Origin: a bacterium | GTDB lineage: Bacteria; UBA8248 | NCBI GenBank assembly: GCA_965199855.1 | Contig: OZ241326.1 | Location: 1,120,001-1,184,000 of the forward strand | DNA length: 64,000 bases | Direction: 5' to 3' | Shown here: positions 11,293 to 21,603 of the stretch, piece after piece | Position numbering within the stretch: the stretch's first letter is position 1 | How the letters are laid out: each line of letters starts with the position of its first letter | The notes under the pieces: generated by a model | What the model saw: the letters and a program-made list of their open reading frames with translations, nothing else | Told to the model about the DNA's origin: nothing | Databases searched by the model: none | Made by a program: the position numbers and the translations under genes

Positions 11293-12213
11293 TTATCGAG
11301 ATCGAGCGGGTTCGGGCGTCGGACTTCTCATCAGAATGACGATTCGCCGGTTTTTGGCGCGCTCCTCCCCGGTGTCGTTCCCGGCCGCCGGGCGGTGGAA
11401 GGAGTAGGCGGCCGCGGAGAGGCGCCTGGGGGAGACGCCTTTCGACTCCAGGAACTTGACGACGGCGATGGCGCGCGCGGCCGAGAGCTCCCAGTTCGTG
11501 GGGTAGCGGCGGGCGAGGCTTCTCCGAATCGGGCGATCGTCCGCGTGGCCTTCTATCTGAATCAGCTTGTCTTTTTCCTTCCGGAGAAATTCCGCGATCT
11601 TGGAGAGCGCGCCGGCGCCTTTTCGCCGGATGGCGGCGCTCCCGGAATCGAACAGCAGGCTGTTCACGATGTTCACGCGGAGCAGGCTCCTGGTTCGCCG
11701 CAGGGTGATGAGCTGCTCTTCCAGTTTTTCGTTCATCCGCGTCAGGTCCGCTTCCAGCTTCTGGGCGCGGCCGGCCTCCGCGCGCGCTTTCTCCTCCAGC
11801 TCGCTTCTGATGAGGTCGGTCGCGGAGGCCTTCTCCGCGATGAGCCGGCTCATCTCCTGAACCCGGGCTTCGAGAAGCGCCTTTTCGCTTTCGAGGCGCC
11901 GCACCTCCCCGTCCCGCCCGCTCGCGGCTTCCGGGCGTCGGTTCGCAGCGTCCGTCCGGCTCCTCCCCTGAACCTGAGGGGCCGCCTCGCTTCCCGCCTT
12001 TTCGGGGGGCGGCCCCCCGGCTTTTATTCGCCGCTGCCCGGCCTCGAGGCGGGCGACTTCCCGCCGCAACTTCGCGGAAGCCTCCTTTTCTTCCGAAAGC
12101 TCGATTTCGCGCTTTTGGAGCGCATCCCTCGCGGAGCCCATCTGCTGGGCGAAGTATCCCGTCCCGCCGAGAAGGGCGGCGGCAATCACCCCTATCGAGA
12201 CGCGAAGGCCCAA
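11293..12213 (-). CDS. OmpA/MotB-family peptidoglycan-binding protein with coiled coil
   Basis: N-terminal TM helix, coiled coil, LFDSGSA…IEGHAD…NWELSAARA…KNRRI. Confidence 0.88.
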   Translation of the reverse strand: MGLRVSIGVIAAALLGGTGYFAQQMGSARDALQKREIELSEEKEASAKLRREVARLEAGQRRIKAGGPPPEKAGSEAAPQVQGRSRTDAANRRPEAASGRDGEVRRLESEKALLEARVQEMSRLIAEKASATDLIRSELEEKARAEAGRAQKLEADLTRMNEKLEEQLITLRRTRSLLRVNIVNSLLFDSGSAAIRRKGAGALSKIAEFLRKEKDKLIQIEGHADDRPIRRSLARRYPTNWELSAARAIAVVKFLESKGVSPRRLSAAAYSFHRPAAGNDTGEERAKNRRIVILMRSPTPEPARSR

Positions 12214-12370
12214 GGTTGCGCTCCTTTCAGGGGCGACGAGCGGCGCCTCGTCCCTCCCCGCCTGCCCGGGCGCGGGTTCGGGAGAAATTCAGCGGCGGCG
12301 AGCCTGATGCGTCCCGGAGACGGGCGAGCCGGGGAGGGCCCCGGCTCTTTCCGAAGACGGAAGCCCCGCT

Positions 12371-13081
12371 TCAGTCGCGCGACGCGCCCAGCAGCTGCGT
12401 AAGATAAATGAACATCATGATGAAATCGAGATAGAGCTCGAGCGCCGCCATGATGGAGGCGCGCCTGCCCGTTTCGTTGTCCGTGTCCTGGGCGTAGGCG
12501 TATTCCTTCATCTTCTGGGTGTCGTAGGCCGTCAGTCCCGCGAAGATGAGAACGCCCAGGACGCTGATGGCGAAATGAACGGCGGAGCTGGCCATGAAGA
12601 CGTTGACGACGCTGGCGAGGATGACGCCGATGAGGCCCACCATGCAGAAATTGCCCACTCCGGAGAGGTCTTTTTTCGTCGTGAAGGCGAAAAGGGTCAA
12701 TCCGCCGAACGCGCCGCCGGTTACGAAGAACGCCTGGGCGACCGAGGTGAGCGTGTAGCGCAGGAGCAGGGTGGAGACGGTGACGCCCAGCGTCGCGCTG
12801 TAGAGCAGAAACAGGAGGGCGCCCGCCTGCCAGCCCTTGCTGCGCATGACCGGCCGGATGGAGAAGACCAGGGCGAGCTGGACGCCGATGACCAGGAACA
12901 CCGAGATGGAGCTCCCGAAGATGAACTGGATGGCGGCGGGAGAGGACGCGACGTAGAGCGCGCTGAAGCCCGTGACGAATAGCCCCAGCGTCATCCATCC
13001 ATAGACGCGCTGCATGAAGGCGGCGGCGTCCCGCGCGATGACGCGCTGTCCGGTGGAGCGGGTGAAGTCTTGAGAGCGCAT
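12371..13081 (-). CDS. Bax inhibitor-1/YccA family membrane protein
   Basis: FMQRVYGWM, TTKKDLS, GLTAYDTQK, ALELYLDFI motifs; multiple TM helices. Confidence 0.93.
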   Translation of the reverse strand: MRSQDFTRSTGQRVIARDAAAFMQRVYGWMTLGLFVTGFSALYVASSPAAIQFIFGSSISVFLVIGVQLALVFSIRPVMRSKGWQAGALLFLLYSATLGVTVSTLLLRYTLTSVAQAFFVTGGAFGGLTLFAFTTKKDLSGVGNFCMVGLIGVILASVVNVFMASSAVHFAISVLGVLIFAGLTAYDTQKMKEYAYAQDTDNETGRRASIMAALELYLDFIMMFIYLTQLLGASRD

Positions 13082-13278
13082 TTCAGAGTTCCTCCCGAAA
13101 AAAACCGATTGTCCGGCAGCCTGGCTGAGGCGGCGAAGCGCATTCTCGAAACCTTCGCGTCTGACGCCCCCTGCTCCCGGGCGCGTCAAACGTGATCGTC
13201 CAAGAGTATATCTCATTCGACGGGTGTTTTTGTAGCCCCCAAACGCAGTTTTCCGGAGGCGATGATGTATTCGGGGCG

Positions 13279-13306
13279 CGTCATTCCGGCGGGAGCCGGG
13301 AATCCA
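13279..13306 (+). repeat. Solitary degenerate CGTC-type REP-like hairpin
   Basis: CGTCATTCCGGCGGGAGCCGGGAATCC, a variant of the GTCATTCCGGCGAAGGCCGGAATCC unit. Confidence 0.6.
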
Positions 13307-13422
13307 GCGTTTTCCCGTCGGGTCCGGCTTGTTGCTTTCGCCCCGATGACGATGAGAAGCGGCAAACCCGTCAACGCGCGTCAAGCATGTTGGCGCCTTC
13401 CCGGATTATGGGGAGAGGCGCG

Positions 13423-13465
13423 TTGACCTGGATAATAAGGCGCCATACAATCAGGCTCCATAACA
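13423..13465 (+). promoter_or_regulatory. sigma70 promoter of the marR gene with overlapping tandem inverted-repeat operators
   Basis: TTGACC-N17-TACAAT; overlapped by imperfect palindromes ATAATAAGGCGCCATACAAT and ACAATCAGGCTCCATAACAT. Confidence 0.65.
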
Positions 13466-13481
13466 TTTTCGGAGCTTTCCG

Positions 13482-13997
13482 ATGTTCCACATGAAGGAGC
13501 TGCCCAGCGAGGAGGACTTCCGCACCCTCGCGCCGGAGTATTCCTCTCTGGATACTTCCTCCGTCATGCTGTTTTATCTTTTTCTGCGGGTCGGCAGCGA
13601 CATGCTCACCGCGTTCGAGACGTATCTGGCCGATCACGGCGTGTCGCAGGGCAGGTTCATCGTCCTGTTGCTGCTTCTGCGCTCGCAGGTGAGAAACAAC
13701 GGCTCGGGCCTCGGCCCCTCCGAGCTGGCCAGACAGGCGGGCGTTACGCGCGCGACGATGACGGGACTGATGGACGGCCTTCAGCGCGACGGCCTCATCG
13801 ATCGCCTCGACCATCGCGGCGACAGGAGAAAGGTCATCGCGCGCCTGACGCCGAAGGGCAGGGAGAGCCTGAACGCCATTTTTCCCGACTATTATTCGCG
13901 CATCGCGGAGTTGATGAACGACCTGGAGGACGAGGAGAGGGAAAAATTGTCCGCCCTTCTCCACAAGGTGAAGAACAAGGTGCATTCGTTGAAGTAG
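13482..13997 (+). CDS. MarR-family transcriptional regulator
   Basis: wHTH: PSELARQAGVTRATMTGLMDGL…DRR…LTPKGR. Confidence 0.93.
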   Translation: MFHMKELPSEEDFRTLAPEYSSLDTSSVMLFYLFLRVGSDMLTAFETYLADHGVSQGRFIVLLLLLRSQVRNNGSGLGPSELARQAGVTRATMTGLMDGLQRDGLIDRLDHRGDRRKVIARLTPKGRESLNAIFPDYYSRIAELMNDLEDEEREKLSALLHKVKNKVHSLK

Positions 13998-14086
13998 GCG
14001 CTCCGCGCCCGCGCTCGACGATGAAGCGTTTCTTTGCTCACAAGGTTCGACAGAGGAAATCCTCACCGGAGAAGGAGAACGCGGCG

Positions 14087-15331
14087 ATGCCGAAACCTAA
14101 GGTGATCATCCAGCTGTATCCCATGCTGCCGACGGAGAGCCGGGAGGAGCGCGAGCGGAAAAGACCCCTGGCCAGGGACAGGGATTTGTATCACCACGTG
14201 CTCCATGAATGGCTCGACATCGTGAAGGCGGCCGACGAGATGGGCGTGTGGGGCGTCAGCACCATCGAGCACCATCTGCACTCCGAGGGCTATGAGGTGG
14301 GCCCCAATCCCGGGGTTCTCAACGCCTGGTGGGCCGCGCAGATCAAGAACGCGCGCGTCGGCGCGCTCGGCTACGTCATGGCGACGCAGGATCCGGTTCG
14401 CGTGGCCGAGGAGACGGCCATTCTCGATCACATCACCAAGGGCAAGTTCTTCTGCGGCGTGGCGAGGGGGTATCAGTCCAGGTGGGCGAACGTCCTGGGG
14501 CAGTTCAGCGACACCCGGGCGACCGTCTCCTCGGATTTGGGCGGCGCCGACGACGTGAAGAACCGCGACATCTTCGAGGAGCGCGTCGAGATGCTTCTCA
14601 AATTCTGGCAGGAGGATTCGGTGGAGGTGAAGGGGGATTTCTACGAGATTCCCTATCCCTACGAGGAGGGCATCGACTACCCCGCCTGGAAGAGCGCGCG
14701 CGACGCCGGCGCCATCGGCGAGATCGGCGACGACAGCCGCGTGCGGAAGGTGAGCGTCGTTCCCAAGCCCTATCAGGAGCCGTATCCGCCCGTGTTCCAG
14801 GCCGTGAGCGCGAGCGCGGACTCCATCAGGTTCGCGGCGAGGCACGGGTTCCGGCCCGTCTATTTCACCAAGCTGGAGAAGATGGAGGAATTCTCCCATC
14901 TCTACGTGGAGGAAGGGGTCAGGGCGGGCCACAACTTCGCGCACGGGGAGCGGCAGTGCGTGTGCCGGTGGATTCACGTGTCGGACACCGAAGAAGAGTA
15001 TGACGAGAAGCTCAGGAGATACGATCAGGACATCTACCAGAATTTCTACGTCCCCTTCTTCCCCCAGTTCCCGGACGACACGGAAAGCATCGACTGGATT
15101 GCGAACATCAAGGAGAGCGGCATCTTCCTGGGAGGGCCGGTGGAGAGGCTCAAGCGCGAATGGGAGGAGACGTACGAAAAGGTGCCCTCCGAGTTCATCA
15201 CCCTGATCTGGCACTACGCGCAATGCCCCAAGGAGGAGGTCATCTACGAGCTGGAAACCTTCATGACGAAGGTGTGGCCCGACCTGGAATGCCCGGTGTC
15301 GAACGGCGTCACGGTCGGCGGCGTCGCCTGA
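14087..15331 (+). CDS. Luciferase-like (LLM class) flavin-dependent monooxygenase
   Basis: EHH motif, DPVRVAEETAILDH…GVARGYQ, PKPYQEPYPP; AAGGAG RBS upstream of the ATG at 14087. Confidence 0.9.
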   Translation: MPKPKVIIQLYPMLPTESREERERKRPLARDRDLYHHVLHEWLDIVKAADEMGVWGVSTIEHHLHSEGYEVGPNPGVLNAWWAAQIKNARVGALGYVMATQDPVRVAEETAILDHITKGKFFCGVARGYQSRWANVLGQFSDTRATVSSDLGGADDVKNRDIFEERVEMLLKFWQEDSVEVKGDFYEIPYPYEEGIDYPAWKSARDAGAIGEIGDDSRVRKVSVVPKPYQEPYPPVFQAVSASADSIRFAARHGFRPVYFTKLEKMEEFSHLYVEEGVRAGHNFAHGERQCVCRWIHVSDTEEEYDEKLRRYDQDIYQNFYVPFFPQFPDDTESIDWIANIKESGIFLGGPVERLKREWEETYEKVPSEFITLIWHYAQCPKEEVIYELETFMTKVWPDLECPVSNGVTVGGVA

Positions 15332-15398
15332 TTTTCTTGACGATGCGGCCCCCCGCGCGGCCGGCGGGGGCGTCGGGGTCGTTTTCAAGGAGAGAGCC

Positions 15399-16112
15399 AT
15401 GTATGAGATCATCGATCTGAGCCAGGAGATCTACACCGACGCGCCCAGGTTTCCGGGGCATCCGGCGACGAAGGTCGAATACGTCGCCAGGCACGAGGAC
15501 GCGGCGAACGCGCCCATCAAGCCCAAAGACATCACCTACGCGGCCATGATGCTCCACATGTGCGATCACGGGCCGACGCACACCGATTCGGTCAGCCATA
15601 TCGACGAGCGCGAAACGGCGCCGAACATCGATCAGGCGCCGCTGGAGTGGTTCATCACCCGGGCGGTGGCGCTGGACTTCACGGGCAAGGTCGAGCCGAT
15701 GGAGGAGATATCGCTGCGGCTGCTTCAGGATGAGCTTTCGGCGGCGAATCTGACGCCCCCCAGGGACGGGACGCTTCTTTTCACGGGCGGGCACTTCAAG
15801 CGCACCTATCCTGCGGACGACTACCTCACGACGTATCCGGGGCTGGGATACGAAGCCGCGAATTTTCTCTACCGAGAATGCGGCGTGGTGAACATCGGCC
15901 AGGACGCTCCCAGCATCGACGCGGGCGTGAACACCACGGAGCTCACGTTTCCCTGCCACGTGCTTTGCCGCGAACTCCAGCGCCACAACACCGAGAACCT
16001 GGCGAACATCGAGGCGGTGGCGGGCAGGGAATTTCTCTACGTGGGACTGCCCCTGAAAATCCGGCAGGGCACGGGGTCTCCCGTTCGCGCCGTCGCCGTG
16101 ATGAACCTGTGA
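15399..16112 (+). CDS. Cyclase family / kynurenine formamidase-like metal hydrolase
   Basis: IIDLS, H-x-x-THTD (variant of HxGTHxD), D-x-PSID, ENLAN, LPLKI…GSPVRAVA. Confidence 0.9.
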   Translation: MYEIIDLSQEIYTDAPRFPGHPATKVEYVARHEDAANAPIKPKDITYAAMMLHMCDHGPTHTDSVSHIDERETAPNIDQAPLEWFITRAVALDFTGKVEPMEEISLRLLQDELSAANLTPPRDGTLLFTGGHFKRTYPADDYLTTYPGLGYEAANFLYRECGVVNIGQDAPSIDAGVNTTELTFPCHVLCRELQRHNTENLANIEAVAGREFLYVGLPLKIRQGTGSPVRAVAVMNL

Positions 16113-16239
16113 GGCGAGGGGAAGGGCGGCCGCTTCCGTTTCCGGCGAGCGGGCGCGGGGCCGTTTTTCGGGCCGCTTTCCTTGTCCTCGCCTTGCCGCA
16201 ACGAAGGGGTTTTCTCGTTTCGTGAGGAGCTTTGCGGAT

Positions 16240-16590
16240 ATGTCGAAGATGGCGGACTGGTATTACCATCGCTCCGGCTGAAAGACCTGCGCCAAAACGC
16301 AAGCGTTTCTTGCGTCGAAGGGCATCGGGGTGTCCGATCAGGCGAACGCCAAAAAAGACGCCATTGATGAGGGCGGGGTCGATCCCGTTCTGCGGGGCGT
16401 AACGGATATCTATTCGACCAGGGGCAGGAAGGTGCTTCACCTGAGCATGAAAAAAGGAAAGCCCGCGCGCGAAGAGGCGCTGGCTCTCCTGCTGGGCCGT
16501 TCGGGCGCGCTCAGAGCGCCGGTTATCAGGCATCGAGGCGCTCTCATCGTCGGATTCGACGAGGAAACATACGCCCGGGTTTTCAAATGA
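16240..16590 (+). CDS. ArsC/Spx-family thioredoxin-fold selenoprotein (U-K-T-C)
   Basis: GAGGAG RBS, ATG at 16240, MSKMADWYYHRSG-[TGA 16279-16281]-KTCAKT… in frame with track ORF 16330-16590 (GALRAP, LIVGFD typical of ArsC/Spx); SECIS-like hairpin follows. Confidence 0.85.
16297..16315 (+). promoter_or_regulatory. Putative bacterial SECIS hairpin (ArsC-like gene)
   Basis: ACGCAAG-CGTTT-CTTGCGT, a perfect 7-bp stem; loop begins 22 nt after the UGA with G at loop position 2. Confidence 0.7.
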
Positions 16591-16606
16591 GCGGCGTCTC
16601 GGCGGC

Positions 16607-18061
16607 TTAGAGGGCCAACTGGCCCCGGGTGGGCTCCGCTCAGCAGAACCAGGATTCGCTCAGCCGCGGCGGGCGAATCCGATCCGGCGAGAAGACGGCC
16701 TTCGGGTCCGCCTGATCGGGACGCTCCAGTATGTCGGCCGCCAGTCGGCGGACGTTCGCAAACGTAGCGGCGGCGTCCTCGCAGCGCGCGGCGGCGTCTT
16801 CCGCGAGAGCAAGCGCCTCCTCATGCAGTTTGTCCATCCTCTCGTCCGGATGCTCCCAGCGATGGATGAAGTTCTCCGCGTCGAGCTCCTTGAGGTATGG
16901 CGCCATGTGCGGAGAGTCGAGCAGGCGGGAGCCCGGCGGCACGAGAAGCCTGATGGCCATTTGAATGGGGTCCACCTCGTCGATCAAGGCGCGCTCTTCG
17001 ATGAAGTCCAGCAGATCGAAATAATCCTGCGGGCTCGTCCACGGCGTGAACGCGACGAGCGACGGCCTGATGGAAAGGCCCGCCTCCCGCGCCGCCCTCA
17101 CGACGCGGAACACGTCCTCTCTCGAGTGCCCCTTGGCCAGATGCCGAAGCGCGAGGTCGCTTAAAGACTCGACCGCGGTGATGAAGAACGCGCAGCCGCT
17201 TTCCCGGAACTGCGGCAGGAGCTCCTCGTGCCTGACGAGATGCTCCACCTTGGCCGTGAAGTCGAAAGTGAGGGAGGGGAACCGCTCCCGGAAGGCGCGC
17301 GTGAGCCGAACCGCGTGGGCCGGCCCGTTGAGGAAGTCCGGGTCGGCGAAACTGATGTGCCGCGCCCCCCGCGCGGCCAGATATTCAATATCCTCCAGCG
17401 CCTTCTCCTGCGGCACGACGAAGAAGCGGCCCTCATAGACCGGCGGAATCGGGCAGTGAAGACACAAATGCTTGCAGCCACGGCTCGCCTCGACGGCTCC
17501 GGCGGGATAGCGGCGGCCGTCCCTTATGAGGTGGGCGTATGTCTGAATCGCGGGCAGAGGCTCCCGCTCGGGCGTGAGCAGGGGAATTTTTTCAAGATAT
17601 GGGCCGGAAGTCCGCTCTCTCGTGGCCGCGCCCGGAACCTCGATGACGCCCGAGGCTCGGGACAACCCTTGGACGAGCTCGAGGAGCGGCCGCTCAAACT
17701 CCCCGCCGATGGCCGAATCCGCGCCGTTTTCGAGCAGATAGTCCTTGTTGAGCAGGCCGTAGAGGCCGTAGAAGCAGATGTGGCATTCGGGGTTCGTCTC
17801 GCGTATTCTCGCCGCCACCCCCACGCCGAGCCTGAGCGCCGTGTGCATCGGCACGCTGATGCCCGCGAATTTCGCTTTCGAGACTTTCGCCTCGGAGAAA
17901 TCCTCCGCCGCCACGTCCATCGCCCAAGGTTGAAAGCCCGCTTCGCGCAGGAAGGCCAGGGGCGAGGCGACGGCCAGCGGCTGGCGTCCCAGCTCGTAGC
18001 AGGAAACGAGAACGACGGCGCCGGGCGCCTTCCACCCGTTCGTGTTGCCGTTTCGGCTCAA
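16607..18061 (-). CDS. CUAEP-tail radical SAM selenoprotein (B12-binding-like N-terminal domain)
   Basis: EASRGCKHLCLHC (CxxxCxxC). The track stops at TGA 16640-16642, but reading continues W-F-C-U-A-E-P-T-R-G-Q-L-A-L-TAA(16607), matching the CUAEP/CCAEP tail. Confidence 0.9.
16611..16626 (-). promoter_or_regulatory. Putative bacterial SECIS hairpin (radical SAM gene)
   Basis: On the - strand GGGGCC-AGTT-GGCCCT; loop begins 19 nt after the UGA with G at loop position 2. Confidence 0.65.
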
Positions 18062-18086
18062 GGCGAACCCTCTCGCTTCGCCAGGT

Positions 18087-18118
18087 AAAAAGCCCCGGGC
18101 GACATGAGCCCGGGGCTT
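18087..18118 (-). terminator. Rho-independent terminator downstream of the iscA-like gene
   Basis: GCCCCGGGC-N7-GCCCGGGGC stem followed on the - strand by TTTTT. Confidence 0.65.
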
Positions 18119-18140
18119 GCGGTCTGCTGTCGGCTCCCGC

Positions 18141-18524
18141 TCACGTGGTGAAGGATTTGCCGCAGCCGCACATGCTCATCGCGTTCGGGTTGTTGATCTT
18201 GAAGCCCGAGCCTTGCAGGGTATCGACGAAATCGATCTCCGTTCCCGCGATGACGGGGTAGCTCCGGGGATCCACGAACACGTCGAAGCCCTCGGCGGAG
18301 AACACCTTGTCCTCCGGGTGGGCGGACTCCTCGAAATAAAGGCCGTAGTTGTAGCCCGAGCATCCGCCGGCCGTGACGGCCAGGCGAAGGCCGTGGCCGC
18401 TTTTCCCCTCCGCCGCCAGAATCTCGATCACCTTTTCATTGGCGGCCGAAGTCACGGAGAGGCCTTCAAGCGCCTGCGGCTTTTGCTGGGACTGGTCGAA
18501 CAGGGTGATCGTTGCATCCGGCAT
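18141..18524 (-). CDS. HesB/IscA/ErpA iron-sulfur cluster carrier
   Basis: GGCSG, IDF, NPNA…CGCGKSF motifs; start ATG at 18524. Confidence 0.93.
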   Translation of the reverse strand: MPDATITLFDQSQQKPQALEGLSVTSAANEKVIEILAAEGKSGHGLRLAVTAGGCSGYNYGLYFEESAHPEDKVFSAEGFDVFVDPRSYPVIAGTEIDFVDTLQGSGFKINNPNAMSMCGCGKSFTT

Positions 18525-18837
18525 GGGTCGCTTCTCCTCATGGCGATTGATTTCTGGTTTTCGCGCCTTCACGCGCGTCAGTGTTCTCACGTCTTGCTTC
18601 ACCTGATGAATATTACCCTTTTTCGCGTCTTTTGCAAGGGCCGCAGCTTTCGGATCCTTGGAATCGGACGTTTACGGGGAAGCGAGGTTTTTCCGGGATT
18701 GCTCGGGCAAAAGGATTTCTCGATCACAGGTTCGCTTTTTTCTGCGTCTGATAGGGGACAAAGAGTTCGACAAGACGAAAGTGGTAGATTATATGCGTTA
18801 TGAAATAATAAAATTTGATAATAATACACTAAAATAC

Positions 18838-18867
18838 TTGACAATTTTGGCATCCGAACGCTATATT
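18838..18867 (+). promoter_or_regulatory. Putative sigma70 promoter of the clpB heat-shock cluster
   Basis: TTGACA-N18-TATATT preceded by a very AT-rich tract (18790-18837, UP-element-like). Confidence 0.6.
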
Positions 18868-18969
18868 TCTCTTGCGTCAAGGGCCGAAGCCGCCTTCTCA
18901 TCCGGTATTCATCAGGTCTTGGACGCCTCCAAGCGTATCGGAATTTGTCTGAATCTGGAGCATATTCGC

Positions 18970-21603
18970 ATGAATTTTCAACATTTCACCCACAAGACGC
19001 AGGAAGCGCTCCAGCACGCCCAGGAGTTGGCGCAACTGAGGGGACACCAGGGCGTAACCCCCGCGCACGTGCTCCTGGCGCTTCTGGATCAGCCCGAGGG
19101 CGTGCTCGCGCCCCTCGTCGAGAAAGCCGGGGCGAACGCCCAGGCGTTGAACCGGGATATCGAAGCCTTCCTGAAGAAACTTCCGCAGATTACGGGAAGC
19201 GGCGCGTCCATGTATGTAACGCCCGAGTTGGCGGAACTTTTCGAGGCGGCCCGGCGCGAGGCGAAGGCTATGGCGGACGAATACGTGAGCGGCGAGCACC
19301 TGCTCCTGGCCGCGCTTGATGGCGGCGGCCCCGAGGTCGTGAAAATTCTGCGCGCGGCCGGCCTCGACCGGGAGCCCGCGCTCGCCGCGCTCAAGGATAT
19401 CCGGGGAAACCAGCGGGTCACCGATCAGGACGCCGAGAGCCGCTACCAGGCGCTCGAGCGCTTCGCCATCGACCTCACCGCGCAGGCCCGGTCCGGCAAA
19501 CTCGATCCCGTCGTGGGCCGCGACGAGGAAATCAGGCGCGTCATGCAGGTGCTCTCCCGGCGATCGAAGAACAACCCGGTGCTCATCGGAGACCCCGGCG
19601 TGGGCAAGACGGCGATTGTCGAGGGCCTGGCCCAGCGCATCGTGAACGGCGACGTGCCGGAGGGCCTGAAGGGCAAGCGCCTGCTCAACCTCGACATCGG
19701 CTCTCTCGTCGCGGGCTCGAAGTTCCGGGGCGAGTTCGAGGACAGGCTCAAGGCCGTGCTGAAGGAAGTGAGCGAATCGGCGGGCGAGATCATCCTCTTC
19801 ATCGACGAACTGCACACCGTAGTGGGCGCGGGCGCGGCGGAGGGGGCGGTGGACGCCTCGAACCTGCTCAAGCCGGCCCTCGCGCGCGGAGAGTTGCGCT
19901 GCGTGGGCGCCACCACGCTGGATGAATACCGAAAGCACATCGAGAAGGACGCGGCGCTCGAGCGGCGCTTTCAGCCCGTCGTGGTGGATGAACCCGGCGT
20001 CGAGGACGCCATCTCGATTCTGCGCGGCCTCAAGGAGAGGTACGAGATTCACCACGGCGTCCGCATCCTGGACGGCGCTCTGGTCGCCGCCGCCGCGCTC
20101 TCCCATCGCTACATCAGCGACCGCCATCTGCCCGACAAGGCCATCGACCTGATTGACGAGGCCGCGAGCGGACTGCGCCTCGAACTGGACAGCCTGCCCA
20201 AGGAAATCGACCGTCAGGAGCGCGAGCTTCTTCGCCTGCGCATCGAGGGGCGCGCCCTGGAGCAGGAAGAGGACGAGGAGAGCCAGGAGCGGCTGGCCCA
20301 CATACGCGAGCAAATCTCCCTGCTGGACGAGCAGAGCAAGGAGCAGCGAAGCCGGTGGGCGGAGGAGAAAAAGGCCATCTCGCGGGTGCGCGAACTCAAG
20401 GAGCGCGTCGAGGAAACGAGGGCGGAAGCCCAGCGCGCGGAGCGCGAGGGGGATTTGGGACGGGCGGCGGAGCTTCGCTACGGCCGGATCATCGAGCTGG
20501 AGAAGGAGATGGCCCAGGCGGAGGCGCGTCTCAGGGAAGAGAGCGACGGACGGATGCTGAAAGAGGAGATTCGGGAGGACGACGTGGCCGCCGTCGTGAG
20601 CCGCTGGACGGGCGTCAACGTGAGCGCGCTGCTCGAGACGGAACGGGAGAAGCTCCTGCGCATGGAAGAGAACATCCACAAGCGCGTCGTGGGCCAGGAC
20701 CGGGCGGTGGAGGCCCTCTCCGAAGCCGTGCGCCGCGCTCGCGCGGGCGTCATGGACGAGAACCGCCCCATCGGTTCGTTCATCTTCCTGGGACCCACCG
20801 GCGTGGGCAAGACGGAGCTCGCCCGCGCGCTCGCGGAGTTTCTGTTCGACGACGAGTCGGCGATGATTCGCGTGGACATGAGCGAATACATGGAAAGACA
20901 CGCCGTGGCGCGGCTCATCGGCGCTCCGCCCGGGTACGTCGGCTACGACGAGGGCGGGCAGCTCACCGAAGCCGTGCGAAGAAGACCCTATTCCGTGCTT
21001 CTGCTGGACGAGATTGAAAAGGCGCATCCCGAAACGTTCAACCTGCTCCTGCAGCTGCTCGACGACGGGCGGCTGACGGACGGGCACGGCCGCGCGGTCG
21101 ATTTCAGAAACGCCGTCGTCATCATGACGAGCAACGTGGGAACCGCCGAACTCTCCCGGAGCAGGATCGGCTTCGTCGGGGGCGGGCTGGAGGAGCAGGC
21201 CGATCAGTCCGAACAGGTGCTCGCGGCGCTTCGCGAGGTTTTCCGGCCCGAGTTCCTGAACCGGATCGATGAGATCATCGCCTTCCGCGCCCTCACGAGG
21301 GAGCAGATTCGCGAGATCGTGGACATTCGGCTGCGCGACCTCGAAAAGCGCCTCGAAGCGCAGAAAATCAGACTGCGCCTCACGAACGCCGCCAAGGACT
21401 TTCTGGCCGAGCGCGGCTACGCTCCCGTCTATGGCGCGCGGCCGCTCAAGAGGGCGATTCAGGCGCATGTCCTGAATCCGCTCAGCAAGAAGCTGCTGGC
21501 CGGAGATTTCGAGGCGGGAGAGACCGTCGAGGCCGATCATGAAGAAGGAGCGGATGCGCTCTCCTTCGCCGTCGTCATGGAGGCGGAAGCGGTGAGGGCC
21601 TGA
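18970..21603 (+). CDS. clpB: ATP-dependent chaperone ClpB
   Basis: Clp N domain, two Walker A motifs ([16 protein letters not shown]), coiled-coil M domain, [17 protein letters not shown]. Confidence 0.98.
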   Translation: MNFQHFTHKTQEALQHAQELAQLRGHQGVTPAHVLLALLDQPEGVLAPLVEKAGANAQALNRDIEAFLKKLPQITGSGASMYVTPELAELFEAARREAKAMADEYVSGEHLLLAALDGGGPEVVKILRAAGLDREPALAALKDIRGNQRVTDQDAESRYQALERFAIDLTAQARSGKLDPVVGRDEEIRRVMQVLSRRSKNNPVLIGDPGVGKTAIVEGLAQRIVNGDVPEGLKGKRLLNLDIGSLVAGSKFRGEFEDRLKAVLKEVSESAGEIILFIDELHTVVGAGAAEGAVDASNLLKPALARGELRCVGATTLDEYRKHIEKDAALERRFQPVVVDEPGVEDAISILRGLKERYEIHHGVRILDGALVAAAALSHRYISDRHLPDKAIDLIDEAASGLRLELDSLPKEIDRQERELLRLRIEGRALEQEEDEESQERLAHIREQISLLDEQSKEQRSRWAEEKKAISRVRELKERVEETRAEAQRAEREGDLGRAAELRYGRIIELEKEMAQAEARLREESDGRMLKEEIREDDVAAVVSRWTGVNVSALLETEREKLLRMEENIHKRVVGQDRAVEALSEAVRRARAGVMDENRPIGSFIFLGPTGVGKTELARALAEFLFDDESAMIRVDMSEYMERHAVARLIGAPPGYVGYDEGGQLTEAVRRRPYSVLLLDEIEKAHPETFNLLLQLLDDGRLTDGHGRAVDFRNAVVIMTSNVGTAELSRSRIGFVGGGLEEQADQSEQVLAALREVFRPEFLNRIDEIIAFRALTREQIREIVDIRLRDLEKRLEAQKIRLRLTNAAKDFLAERGYAPVYGARPLKRAIQAHVLNPLSKKLLAGDFEAGETVEADHEEGADALSFAVVMEAEAVRA

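Noticed and set aside
13483-13498. Second parS-like sequence TGTTCCACATGAAGGA
   Set aside because: Only the left half matches, and it lies at the start of the marR coding sequence.
18141-18524. HesB/IscA (and the glutaredoxin at 8556-8801) as further selenoproteins
   Set aside because: All active-site positions are Cys codons; no in-frame TGA.
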